Assembly (NCBI GenBank): GCA_001600815.1
Contig: BCKZ01000008.1
Coordinates: 372,001-436,000 of the forward strand
Origin: Alloascoidea hylecoeti
Taxonomy: Eukaryota
Reading direction: 5' to 3'
Length of the DNA stretch: 64,000 bases
A model generated the notes under the pieces. It saw nothing but the letters and a program-made list of their open reading frames with translations, searched no databases and was not told where the DNA came from. The position numbers and the translations under genes are program-made. Shown here one piece after another: positions 11,375 to 22,290 of the stretch; position 1 is the stretch's first letter, and the number at the start of each line of letters is the position of its first letter.

Positions 11375-14300
11375 ATGCCACCTCGGATTGTGAATAAATA
11401 TGGTTCTCGAAGAGGTGTACATAATGATAGTACAATTCAACCCGAATGGACGCGTCATACACCTTCCTCCAGCCTAAAATACCCAAAGACAACTAAAACA
11501 TTTAGCTCTGCTCTTGATGAATATTCAAAAAGATTAAAAAAGCAAGAATATGAACTACAGAAGGAAATCTGTGAAAAATATGGTATTACACATAGTGATA
11601 TGTTAAATCAATTAAAAGAATCTTTAATATCAAACACGGGTTTTACAAAGGAAAGCACTCCAATGACTAATTTTTCAGACAGTCTTGAAACCATTCCTGT
11701 TGTACAACCCTCAGAAACTCTAGATTCCATTAGTGATCCTTCAACTTTTTTTCATGAGGAATTGGATACAAATATTACAGAAAAATTAGATAATTTAAGC
11801 AACAAATTAAAAAATACAAAGATCCAAGTTATTAAAGAATCAATTCCTAAAACTACGAGAATTACGCGTTCACATTCAAATTCACGTGTATTACCCCCTG
11901 CTGAGGATAATATAACGACAGAGAAATTTACCAAAAATATAACAAAAAAGGATAGTTTAATAAATAATGAAAAAACACCTAATATACTGGAAATGGAAAT
12001 TGATAAAATTCCTGTTACACTTCATGGTGAATTTAAATTATTTGTTAATATGCTTGATCTTGAAAATCCAATTGATAAACATATTAAGGATTATATCATC
12101 GATTGTACTTTAAATCATTTAACGCATGCTGATTTTTGTAAAAAGAATAAAATTAATGCAAAAGATTTTCAAAAAAGACTTTCGGTTCTAATAAGTTCAA
12201 ATGATTTCAAAAATTCATACGATAAATTACTGGAAATCAATACTACTGAAAATGAAAATGAATCAATAATTGTTAATAATTTCGAAAACGAAAAAAATAT
12301 AAAACCATTTAAAGACGAAGATGCTTTTAAGTTGCTTGATCTTAGTAGGGTTGTAGATCGTGCCGTATATTCATTTCTGTCTGGAGAATCACATAAGTTA
12401 AGTGAAGCTGCTGAGCGTTACGAAGTGATCACACGATCAATGATCAATACAATCTCACGGTTAAGGAAGAGTGATCAATTTGAATTGTTTTACCAAGAAA
12501 TATTGAAAAGAAAACATATAAAAAAAAGCAATAGAAGAAAGCCTCGGAATCAAAAATCTAAGAATTTAGAGCTTGAGGTATTGAATACAGAATCCCAAAC
12601 AGAAAAAGAAAAAGAAAAAACAGAAAAAGAAAAAGAAAAAACAGAAAAGGAAAAGGAAATTTCCACTATCGAAAATACAATATCTACATCTAATCATGAT
12701 GGGAGCACCAACTTAGAAACTACAACTAAAACCAGCTCTAGGAGAAATCTTCGGAATCGAAAATCTAAAAATTTAGAGCTTGAGGTATTGAATACAGAAT
12801 CCCAAACAGAAGAAACAGAAAAGGAAAAGGAAAAGGAAAAGGAAAAGGAAAAGGAAAAGGAAAAGGAAAAGACGATTTCCACTATCGAAGATACAATATC
12901 TACGTCTGATCATAGCTTAGAAATTACAAATAAAACCAGTTCTAGAAGAAATCTTCGGAATCGAAGATCTAAGAATTTAGAGCTTGAGGTAATGGATACA
13001 GAATTCCAAAAAGAAAAAGAAATTTCTACTTTCGAAGATACAATATCCACGTCTGATCATGAGAGTAGCACCAACTTAGAAACTACGAGTGGAATCAGCT
13101 CTAGATTGAAAAGAAAATGTAGCACCAAAACGCAGACTGAACTCTTTAACCGAAGGGATTACGAGAAAGAAGATGCAATAACCAAATATATAATTGATAA
13201 TATCGTTGAAGATAAAAAATGGAAAAGTCTAACTCCAACGATTTTTAATATGCTTGATTTTAATAATAAGGTAGATTGTTGTCTAAAATCATACTTAATG
13301 TTCGAGTTCGAATCGCAGAAGAGTGCAGCTGAGAGTTTTGAATTAACTCGTGCTTTATTGCAAGATAGAATTAAAAAGCTGGAAAAAAACAAACAGTTTG
13401 TTTTGTATTATTCTGAATTCTCCAAGCGTCGTCGAGGGGCCAGAAATGCCATTGAAGAGCCTCTTATTGATTCACTAGATTTAAATAATGGTATTGATAA
13501 TGATATATTATCAGCTTTCTCAATTAAATATTCAGCCCAAACAATTAATACATCAAAAAGAATTGACGTGAGACAAATTTCCGAAAGGGTAAAAATGCTC
13601 AGAAAGAATGACAAATTTGATGAACTGATGGTTAAATTTATGCATTTAAAATTATGGGCCCCAATTGAACTTGTAAGCAAACCTATAAACGAAATAAACG
13701 AAATCGTATTTGTGAAACCTAACCAAGATCTATCCGAATCCGAAAATTTACCTCTTTTTTATCAACCTATTCTGGTTTATGAATCTAGAAGAACACGGTC
13801 CAGTTTATGCTACAAGCCAAGTGGCTCCCCGCAAATCGAAAAAAGATCAAAGGAAAGTGAGATCAGTAACAGGAGAAAAAGGCGACATATTGAAAAACAT
13901 GATGATACCCAGGTGATTATTGCAAATACTGAAGCCACAGATGTCTCTGGATCAAATTTGGAGTCAAACAATAAAGATTATTTAACGGCTTCTCATTCAA
14001 ATAACAATAACTTATCAGAAACCACAGTTTCACAAAATACTGATACATCACCTCAGTCACCTCTTTCATCTCTTCCAGAATCACCTTCTTCTTATCCAAA
14101 TTCATCATCTCCGTATAATGAATTACAAGAATTAACTCCTATTTCATCACCATCTAGACAACCTCTTTCTACAATAGTACAGGAATATATTCGTACACCT
14201 TCAAATAATACATCGATGTGGGAAGAAAAAGCAATTGTTGATTTTTTCAAACTTCGAGCCGAATTTGGAGTGGAAGAGCCAATTAAACTTTCATTAATAC

Positions 14301-14734
14301 AAACATTTGCTGATTTATTACTAAAATCTCGTCTTTGGTATTATAATAATATGTTAGTAGATGATATAAATATCCAATCAGTTTCAGAAGGTTGGACCAA
14401 AAACTTTGTTTCAAGAAACAATTTTTTATCTGATCTTCAAGAATCAGATAAAATCGATGAAGATGATACAAATGTATCGAATGGCTTAGCAAATGACCTA
14501 GCAAATGTTTTTTATGCCCGTGAAGAATACAATCATATCAATAAAATGGCACCTTTTTTGCGAGGTGATAATGACTCAACGATATTAGGTTTATTCTTAT
14601 TACAAAAGTTAATAATATTATATTTAACTTTATTGAAGATTAAGGCAGAGAATTGTGATAAGGATGTATCATTTTGTATGAATTTAATTAACATGTTAGA
14701 TGGTGATCATAAAAAATTACTTCAATTTGTATAA
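11375..14734 (+). CDS. Multi-HTH protein with psq-type repeats and a C-terminal CENP-B/Tc5-type HTH; probably derived from a pogo/Fot1 transposase
   Basis: Four related units begin LDLENPIDKHIKDY, LDLSRVVDRAVYSF, LDFNNKVDCCLKSY and LDLNNGIDNDILSAF, with HTH-like cores such as LSEAAERYEVITRSMINTI and QKSAAESFELTRALLQDRI. The C-terminus contains EEKAIVDFF...GVEEP..SLIQTFADLLL...VSEGWTKNFVSRN. ATG at 11375. Confidence 0.65.
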   Translation: MPPRIVNKYGSRRGVHNDSTIQPEWTRHTPSSSLKYPKTTKTFSSALDEYSKRLKKQEYELQKEICEKYGITHSDMLNQLKESLISNTGFTKESTPMTNFSDSLETIPVVQPSETLDSISDPSTFFHEELDTNITEKLDNLSNKLKNTKIQVIKESIPKTTRITRSHSNSRVLPPAEDNITTEKFTKNITKKDSLINNEKTPNILEMEIDKIPVTLHGEFKLFVNMLDLENPIDKHIKDYIIDCTLNHLTHADFCKKNKINAKDFQKRLSVLISSNDFKNSYDKLLEINTTENENESIIVNNFENEKNIKPFKDEDAFKLLDLSRVVDRAVYSFLSGESHKLSEAAERYEVITRSMINTISRLRKSDQFELFYQEILKRKHIKKSNRRKPRNQKSKNLELEVLNTESQTEKEKEKTEKEKEKTEKEKEISTIENTISTSNHDGSTNLETTTKTSSRRNLRNRKSKNLELEVLNTESQTEETEKEKEKEKEKEKEKEKEKTISTIEDTISTSDHSLEITNKTSSRRNLRNRRSKNLELEVMDTEFQKEKEISTFEDTISTSDHESSTNLETTSGISSRLKRKCSTKTQTELFNRRDYEKEDAITKYIIDNIVEDKKWKSLTPTIFNMLDFNNKVDCCLKSYLMFEFESQKSAAESFELTRALLQDRIKKLEKNKQFVLYYSEFSKRRRGARNAIEEPLIDSLDLNNGIDNDILSAFSIKYSAQTINTSKRIDVRQISERVKMLRKNDKFDELMVKFMHLKLWAPIELVSKPINEINEIVFVKPNQDLSESENLPLFYQPILVYESRRTRSSLCYKPSGSPQIEKRSKESEISNRRKRRHIEKHDDTQVIIANTEATDVSGSNLESNNKDYLTASHSNNNNLSETTVSQNTDTSPQSPLSSLPESPSSYPNSSSPYNELQELTPISSPSRQPLSTIVQEYIRTPSNNTSMWEEKAIVDFFKLRAEFGVEEPIKLSLIQTFADLLLKSRLWYYNNMLVDDINIQSVSEGWTKNFVSRNNFLSDLQESDKIDEDDTNVSNGLANDLANVFYAREEYNHINKMAPFLRGDNDSTILGLFLLQKLIILYLTLLKIKAENCDKDVSFCMNLINMLDGDHKKLLQFV
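12530..13105 (+). repeat. Three imperfect in-frame tandem units of about 200 bp containing (GAAAAG)n runs
   Basis: The peptide RRNLRNRKSKNLELEVLNTESQ..EKEKE..ISTIEDTISTSDH repeats three times with high DNA identity. Confidence 0.9.
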
Positions 14735-15066
14735 TTATTAATTATTTGTTTTTACTTATAAATTTTTGAATTCAATAGCTATGTATGCATCATCTAGTAA
14801 ATACTTTAATCTATAATTCTGTATCACGAAAGCATACTGCTTCTTCTAAAGTCAATTCATCAATTCAAATTAAATGTAGAGCTCAAGTGTAAAAATCAAT
14901 TGAAAATTAAATTGAATAACGACACAATTGTCAAGTGGTGCATAAATATACCAGTTTGTGTCCTATTATTGAATAGGATTAAAAATTTTATGCTCTAAAA
15001 ATAATACACGATAGCCACGTCTATATGCTCGATTATATTTAATATATTTGTTGTTTTATTTGTTTT

Positions 15067-18000
15067 TTATTTGCTTTCAGTATCAGATTTTTTTGAAGGT
15101 ATTCCGAAAGCAGAAACGGGTGCTCCAAGCCAGCCATTTGAATCAGCTGTGGTTGTAGTTGTAGTTACTATAGAACCAACAGGATTATCAACGGTACGAA
15201 TTCCCTCATCATCGTCATCTAAATCCATATTGTTAACATTTTCTAAGCCTAATGGTGATGATGGAATAGGTGGAGAAATATCAATTGTTTCCGGTTGCTG
15301 CAAATTAATATCAAATAAATTTAATTCAGAATCTAAATGACTAGAACCTGCTATTGAATTATCTGCTGAAGCCGATGGACTCAAAGAACTTGTTGAATAG
15401 TCTGGTGCTGTTAATAACGGAATGATTTGTGATTCTTTTTTAATAATAGTGGTACTGTCATTAGATGCATCATCGGAATCAGTGAAACTGGATAATGGTG
15501 TTGACCCTGACTCTTGACTTGAATCGGGTTCAACATAAAATGGTTCAGCATCAGAAGAATCTAATACCATAGCATTATAATTATCATCAGCATTATCTAA
15601 AATTGAGTCAGAAGCACTATCACTAGTGTCATTAATTGCACGTCTTTTATAAGTACCATCAATTTCCATAACATCTCTTTTATTATGCTTAGGTTTATGT
15701 TTTGATTTTAATTTTCTTGAATTATTATTAGATTTTATCTTTTTAGTTTTTCTTAATTTAATTTCTTCAAGTTTATGCTGTTTTCTTGCTTCATGAATTA
15801 ATTTTTCTTTATCATAAATTTCTCTTTCATTAATAATTCGTTTTATATTTTCATTAATTTCATCTTTTAAATTAATTTCATAATCACTTAAATCTTTTCT
15901 TCTATAAAAAAGTAAATAAGCAGCTTCAGTTACAACACGTTCAGCAGTCACTTTTTTAACTCTTGAATCATCAAAAGAATACCACTCATCATCATCACAG
16001 ATTAAATTTTTAACAAATGCAGTATAATGACCACCACCTAAACCACCGAAATGATTGTCAACGGCAATTAATTCATATTCATTATTATCATGATTTATTG
16101 TATGATTTGACATATCAAGTGTATGAGGGAATGAAATAAAATCATCAATTTTCTCCCTTCTACTAAAACCTCCACCCATATAACTATATGCTGATGCTGA
16201 TGAATTTCCAAATCTTTTTAAATGTATTGTTAAAATTTTTGGTAATGACCAAATTTCTAATGTTTTAGTTGCAGCTTGATGTGTTTTACATTTTGAACAA
16301 TACCATTTATTATTTTCTGACAATTTTTCTGATTTTGTCAAATATGATAAACAATCAGAAAGAGTTATTTGTTTATTTTTTCTTTCATTTAATTTATTTT
16401 TCAAATCATTTGAAATTTTATCATCTTTATCAATTTGTAAATTTGTAATATCAATAAATGAGGTTGATGATGATAAAGAAATAACTAATGAATCTTGATT
16501 TGTAATATTATAGAATATTTGAGAATTGTTAGCTGTTATAGAATCACTGGATGATTCAGTAGATTCTATTTGTTCCTCAATTATTTGTTTATCATTAATA
16601 TGATCATTCATACTTGGTTTTGAAATAGTTACCGAGACAAGGGTATCATCATTTTCATCGGTTTCAACTTTCAAATCACTATTTGATTCGTCATTACGAG
16701 GTTCGTCTTCGCCATATAGGTCTTCGTCATTATCAATATCTTCAAATGATGAATTTTGTATTGACGTATTAGAAGAATCAGTATTCGTAATATATACCAT
16801 ATCACTTTCTTTTTCATTTTCTTTCTCATTTTCTTTTTCATTCAAAGATATTCCTTCATTTTCCTTGTCTGATTCGAGTTTAAAGGCTTCATCTAATGTT
16901 TTAAGCGATGCATTTTCAATCGTTTGACCTGGCAAACTAACTTCAACATTTTTAAAATTAAATGAATCTTGATCTGAAGAATCATCATCATTTCTTTTCC
17001 AATTATATCTTAATGGTCCAAACTTTGTAGATTTCCTGTTTGTATTCTGGGAGATATAAATATTTGAATGATTTATTTCAATTGGATTTCCATTTTCACC
17101 ATCATCATTATGATTGATTAATAATGAGAGTTTTTTAGTTAATTTTTCAAAAACGTCTTCATAAGTAGTATTATCATTCAATGAAATGAAAAAAGGTATA
17201 CCAAAAGGTTTTAAATTTGCCGGACCATATAGATTTGTTTTATCAATACCACTTACTAATTCATGTTTAAATTTATCATCATCTAATAAATAAACAGGAA
17301 TGATATTATTATCGCCTTTATCAATTTTAACATGATATATAATATTAATATCTGAATCTTTTATATCATCAATTGAAAAATTATCATCATTATTATGAAG
17401 TTTAAAAAATTTACCTTTATAAATTTCACAAAATATAAGTGCATCATCATTATCATTTAATTTAAATCTTTTGGAAATTTCATTAAAAATATTATCATTT
17501 TTTGTATCAATTTCTAATAAAATTGGACAAATTCCAAAAGTTTCACTAAAAAAAATTAATTTTAAAATTTTTTTATTAATAATTTTTGGAATTGGTACTG
17601 TTAAATCCATAAAAGTTTCAAAACAAACACTAATATTATCACAATTATTACCTGAATTATTAATATTATCATTTGGACATTTTAAAATTGATCTATATGA
17701 ACCTGAAAATAAATCAACTATAATACTTTGATTTCTTAAATGATAAGTATTTAAACAATCATTTGCAAAATGTACTAGTTTATTATTATTTTTTGGATCA
17801 AGTATATTTGGGATTGTATTTGAATCCGGTGATTCTGTGACTGGTTTGAACAAAACTTTATTTAAATCTTCATGTAACGAATCTAATAAAAATGAAAGAA
17901 ATTCTTGTGAATCTTGTTGGCCAAAACCAGAAAACATTGTAGCATGTTTACCAATAATATACTTAAAATCACCAGGAGAGAAAACCTTATTATCATCATT

Positions 18001-18771
18001 AAAGACATTTTGAATTAAGGAAGAATACGCAACAGCTACTTCTCCCTTATAACCAAGAGGATTGATAAGATTAATATCTCTTTGATGTAATTGTGCCATA
18101 AAATAACAAGTTAATTCAGGAACATGAAGTAAACACTGTAAAGCGGAATTAAAATAACAAGTATTTCCAAGATTGTGTAATCCAGTTGATCCTCTACCAC
18201 GAATAGGTTCTAAAGAATAATCTCTTGGGATTATTGGGGACATTATTAGATGTGTATGTGGTTTATCAATTGTAAAATTCTCATGTATATGAGGTGATGA
18301 ATTGTCGCTTGAAAATAGTGATAAATGAAAATTAAAGGGGATGAACATTCTCCTTTTAATTGAAATAGAAATTTTTTTAATTAATACTGGAAGTTTTACT
18401 TCTAAACCAAAACATAAATCATTAAAATGAATCCAAATAACATTATCACTTTCATCAATTATATCCCGTTTTTCATCTTCATTTACATCCTCATTTCCAT
18501 TTTCAACATTATTTTCAATATTATTTTCACTATCAGTTTCAATTTCAATTCCGGTTTCATTTTCATTTTTATTCCCATTTTTACCATATTTTGCCATTAA
18601 ATGTTTATGAATAGTCCTTGACACATAAACAACTCTTTGTGGTTGTAACGGCAAAACGTATTTTGGATATTCATTCCCACTCACCTCAGCCACCTCCTCC
18701 ATCCACTTGGCACCAACGGGCACAGATCCTTCTGATGGAGTGAAGGAAAAAGGGAAATTTAATGGCGACAT
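15067..18771 (-). CDS. UBP12: Ubiquitin-specific protease, Ubp12/USP4-USP15 family
   Basis: Cys box GLHNLGNTCYFNSALQCL, QQDSQEFLSFLLDSLHEDLN, WYCSKCK, and His box NHFGGLGGGHYTA...WYSFDDSRV...AAYLLFYRR. Confidence 0.88.
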   Translation of the reverse strand: MSPLNFPFSFTPSEGSVPVGAKWMEEVAEVSGNEYPKYVLPLQPQRVVYVSRTIHKHLMAKYGKNGNKNENETGIEIETDSENNIENNVENGNEDVNEDEKRDIIDESDNVIWIHFNDLCFGLEVKLPVLIKKISISIKRRMFIPFNFHLSLFSSDNSSPHIHENFTIDKPHTHLIMSPIIPRDYSLEPIRGRGSTGLHNLGNTCYFNSALQCLLHVPELTCYFMAQLHQRDINLINPLGYKGEVAVAYSSLIQNVFNDDNKVFSPGDFKYIIGKHATMFSGFGQQDSQEFLSFLLDSLHEDLNKVLFKPVTESPDSNTIPNILDPKNNNKLVHFANDCLNTYHLRNQSIIVDLFSGSYRSILKCPNDNINNSGNNCDNISVCFETFMDLTVPIPKIINKKILKLIFFSETFGICPILLEIDTKNDNIFNEISKRFKLNDNDDALIFCEIYKGKFFKLHNNDDNFSIDDIKDSDINIIYHVKIDKGDNNIIPVYLLDDDKFKHELVSGIDKTNLYGPANLKPFGIPFFISLNDNTTYEDVFEKLTKKLSLLINHNDDGENGNPIEINHSNIYISQNTNRKSTKFGPLRYNWKRNDDDSSDQDSFNFKNVEVSLPGQTIENASLKTLDEAFKLESDKENEGISLNEKENEKENEKESDMVYITNTDSSNTSIQNSSFEDIDNDEDLYGEDEPRNDESNSDLKVETDENDDTLVSVTISKPSMNDHINDKQIIEEQIESTESSSDSITANNSQIFYNITNQDSLVISLSSSTSFIDITNLQIDKDDKISNDLKNKLNERKNKQITLSDCLSYLTKSEKLSENNKWYCSKCKTHQAATKTLEIWSLPKILTIHLKRFGNSSASAYSYMGGGFSRREKIDDFISFPHTLDMSNHTINHDNNEYELIAVDNHFGGLGGGHYTAFVKNLICDDDEWYSFDDSRVKKVTAERVVTEAAYLLFYRRKDLSDYEINLKDEINENIKRIINEREIYDKEKLIHEARKQHKLEEIKLRKTKKIKSNNNSRKLKSKHKPKHNKRDVMEIDGTYKRRAINDTSDSASDSILDNADDNYNAMVLDSSDAEPFYVEPDSSQESGSTPLSSFTDSDDASNDSTTIIKKESQIIPLLTAPDYSTSSLSPSASADNSIAGSSHLDSELNLFDINLQQPETIDISPPIPSSPLGLENVNNMDLDDDDEGIRTVDNPVGSIVTTTTTTADSNGWLGAPVSAFGIPSKKSDTESK

Positions 18772-19152
18772 TTTGGAATCCTGTTTTTTAACGTTTGTGA
18801 GACATATTTAATTTTTTCAAGTGTAGGCAAAAGATTTGAACACCCGTACACCAAAGAGGTTTATTATGAAAATGAATATTTTCCTTATCCATCTCATGAA
18901 TATAAAATTAAAATAAATATAATGGAAAGCTTTTTCCGGTGAAATTTAAATGTTGCTATTCTTTTTGCTTTTCTATTAGGCTGAGGGGTTTCCTATTTGT
19001 ATGTAAACGTGAAGTTCTTTTTCTTTTTAAAAAACCTATAAGTTATAAAGGTGATTCTATTATAACTGGCTACTCCAAAGAAAAATATACTAGCTTTATT
19101 ACTATAGTAATACATCTAATTTATATTGATTATCTTCATTGACCTTTAACCG

Positions 19153-19668
19153 TTAATATTTTCGAGAATCTTCATTAACATATTTTTGTCTTGAATTTTC
19201 AATGGCGCTTGAATTATCATTATTATTAATATCTCTTCCTTTATATGGATTATAATTATCTTTATCATTATTGATAATGGCTGTTGTATAGTTATTTCCA
19301 GCCGATGATTGATAATCATCTCGAGGTTTAGATCTGTCACCAATGTTAAATGCACCTTTATCATCTGCAAATTGTCCACCAAACGAATAATTGTCTTGAC
19401 TAACTGTGGTTGCTGGCGGATAATCATATTTCCCTTGAATATTGCTTTTACGTATACCATGGATATAATCATTAAGAGTATTACCTACGCTTCCTGAGTA
19501 TTTACTGCCATTAGTAGATATATCATCTATATGATGTTTTAATTGTACCGAACTTCGCCTGTGATGACGATCTGTGGTTTCCTCACAAGGAGAGTCATCA
19601 TTAACGTCTGTTTCCACTTTCTTTGGAATTTGAAATTGCTGAGGAGTTGCTTCAGTTGTAGAGTTCAT
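19153..19668 (-). CDS. Hypothetical hydrophilic 171-aa protein
   Basis: ATG ORF in an AAAATG context with a TATA-like stretch upstream (about 19748-19760). No family recognised. Confidence 0.55.
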   Translation of the reverse strand: MNSTTEATPQQFQIPKKVETDVNDDSPCEETTDRHHRRSSVQLKHHIDDISTNGSKYSGSVGNTLNDYIHGIRKSNIQGKYDYPPATTVSQDNYSFGGQFADDKGAFNIGDRSKPRDDYQSSAGNNYTTAIINNDKDNYNPYKGRDINNNDNSSAIENSRQKYVNEDSRKY

Positions 19669-20699
19669 TTTTCAATAAATTTTGTATGTGACAGTAATTG
19701 AAATATATTGATACAGATATAAATAAAAAAAGCAGCAAAAACATCTCTTATATAAATATATTAATTGTCATTGGTGAACTATACTATATGACGTTTGATG
19801 ATGGAAGGACAAGCTAACTTACGAGTAACTATAGTGATGCACGTTGAGTCGTACCCACTTCATCAACACAAATAAGTAAACCATCTCACAAAAATTAAGC
19901 CACGATCACAAATTTTATTTTAAAAACTAAATATTTTAAATATTTTAAATATAGATTCTACTTAAAATTATAAATTCTCCTTGTATGTGTAAATTTGGGT
20001 TGGTTCTGTATCTACCAAAACACCCTAGGCCTAAAAAATACTGGATCCAGATGAACTAAATAATAAAGTGTGCACACCGCCGTGTAGCAGTGGAGGAAAA
20101 GCGGGCAATGACGATTTCTGCTCTGCTACGTGCCTCTTTAGTGCAAACGATTGTCTTGATGAAGTTTGCCTTTTTGTGCCATAACTGCCGACTGGTGTGA
20201 ATGATTCTAACGATGTCGCCGTTGCATAGATGAAAGTTGAAACAGAAAACCTAAAGGAACATTTCATCTAAGAATGGAAATTAAAAGCTGAGAAGTAAGC
20301 TATGTAATGATTTAGATATTGAATACTGAGATAGCATATTAAATGATGAAATAATGTAATGTTTTTAAATAATTTTAAAAGTAATGTAGAGTTCTAGATA
20401 TAAAGAGAGGATGATTTTCTAACCGTTTAAGAAAATTCACTTGGAAATAGCTGGCCAATTGATTAATTATCATCGGATTAGTATTATTCTATGTTTCAAT
20501 TTATTTCTTAACTACTACAGTTGAATTAAAGAGTTGATCATCAATACAAAATAAGAATAAAAAGAAAATATGGGTAAGTTTATAACAAAGGCTATTATTA
20601 AACTACGAAAATATATCACCTTACAGCATGTTGAAATTGAATTAGTTTCAAGCCTCAATAATATTTAACAAAAGTACTGTATTTTCACAATAAAATTTC

Positions 20700-21125
20700 T
20701 CATCACATAATGTAAGATGCAGCAGACTTGATTCTTTGCAACTTAATATTGACATTTTTATATTTATAATACACTCTCGAGCTCTCTTAAGAAAAAATTC
20801 TCTGACGTCGATTTTTCATAATAAAATCTAAGAACCTTTAAAAGTTTCTAGGATCTCACTGCATTTGTTGCAGATAAATCATGACACGCTGATAATTTGT
20901 GATAATATTGAGGATTTGAAGCTTGTCGAGACATTACCACATGCAAATATTGGGGTGATTGTTGAAGAATCTCTATTGTTGTCTTCTAGGATAATCCTAC
21001 CACTCAGTACATATTTAGTAGCGCCAATATTAATCACAACTTTCGAATCTCGATAACCTGACTTTATCACAGTATAACCATTTGCTCCAAAATGCTTTAT
21101 CAAGAAACAATTTGAGCAGATGAGG
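20700..21125 (-). mobile_element. Ty1/copia retrotransposon relic (Gag zinc knuckle, protease, pre-integrase)
   Basis: One frame reads C-SN-C-FLIK-H-FGAN-G (CX2CX4HX4C with the last C changed to G), then VVINIGATKYV (cf. WIxDSGATxHM) and IISVS (cf. NLLSVS). LLHLTL (cf. LWHxRLGH) occurs further downstream. Confidence 0.6.
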
Positions 21126-22140
21126 TAAACCTACCGATGTAGCATTATGCCTATCTGTGTTGGATAAATAAACCTACTTTTTTAAAATATTGATTTTTAA
21201 ATGGAAGCATATTAATTAAAAATACGCATCTGCAAGAATACAGGAACAGGCAATTTCAAGCAGATGCATGCGTGAGGCTTGCATCCGAGGCAGGGTAATT
21301 TAAAATTGTATCGGAGTCGACCGCTTCCGAAGTTCCGAGTGGTATCCGGAATAACTATTTTTCGTCCTGCAAGGGTATCTCATTATTCTTACGATAATAA
21401 GACAATATAACAAATAATATTATAATTATAACACATTTTGACATTCTTTCTGTCGTTGCGATTGCCCACCATAGCAAAGTCTAATTATATTTAATAATCA
21501 CGGTCCTATTGGATCCGTATGACGCAATAATATAAGTCATTTTTTATTAATTAAACATATATATGATCAGGTGGTATTCTTTAACAAAATGGTGCTAGAT
21601 TTGGGTTCTCAAACTTCTCATCTACGATATAATTATCAAGGGCCATGCATAATGTGTGCTGATTGGTTTCACATGTTGTATGTGAGTCTCAGAATTATAG
21701 TTATGTAATTGTATAATCAGTCTTCTGTGTTTCATACTCTTGATCGATATCTTATAAAATGGTAAATTTTTAGGTTTCCAATGACTAGAATTATAGTATC
21801 TTTTTATTGTAATAAAGCGCCGGTGCCTGTGATGGAACTTGTCCAATGGTTGTTGAAAGCTTCCTGGTGGGCCATCAAACCGAGACCCTTCACCGATCCT
21901 GATAAGATACGAATGCATAGACAACGGTTTTGAGCTCACCAATCACAATTGCAAGATTTCTGAAAAATAAAACGCGTCCCAGGCTGTGATGAGTTTAACG
22001 CGATAAGGGCCAACCCCCTTTCCTCCGAGTTCTGAAACTTGTATCAAAAAACCACTCCTAGGTCCACGCGTTTGCCGTTTTTTGATTGTGATTTGTCACT
22101 GGCAAATATCGTTCATCTGGACAAAACTTTCAGAGCCAAG

Positions 22141-22290
22141 ATATTCTTCATGCAAGATAATGCTACCATTTCACAAAACTGATGTTTTCATGTCATGGTT
22201 TTGAAAAAGAAATAATATACCGAATTGAAGTGATAGTGTGAGCCGCATATTAGGCCCACATCTGAACTCAATTGGGAAGATGAGCAAAAG
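22141..22290 (+). mobile_element. Tc1/mariner transposase relic (C-terminal half of the DDE domain)
   Basis: IFFMQDNATI, a frameshift, then HKTDVFMSWF*KRNNI...PHLNSIGK. Compare the Tc1 consensus FMQDNAPxH...WF..NNI..WPxxSPDLNPIEN. Confidence 0.7.

Noticed and set aside
12530..13105. CRISPR-like repeat-spacer array
   Set aside because: The context is eukaryotic, and these are in-frame coding tandem duplications without unique spacers.
21622..21942. 106-aa ORF with FDGPPG as a Tc1 LDGPDG motif
   Set aside because: It is on the opposite strand to the QDNA fragment and lacks a preceding SDE motif, so the match is too weak.
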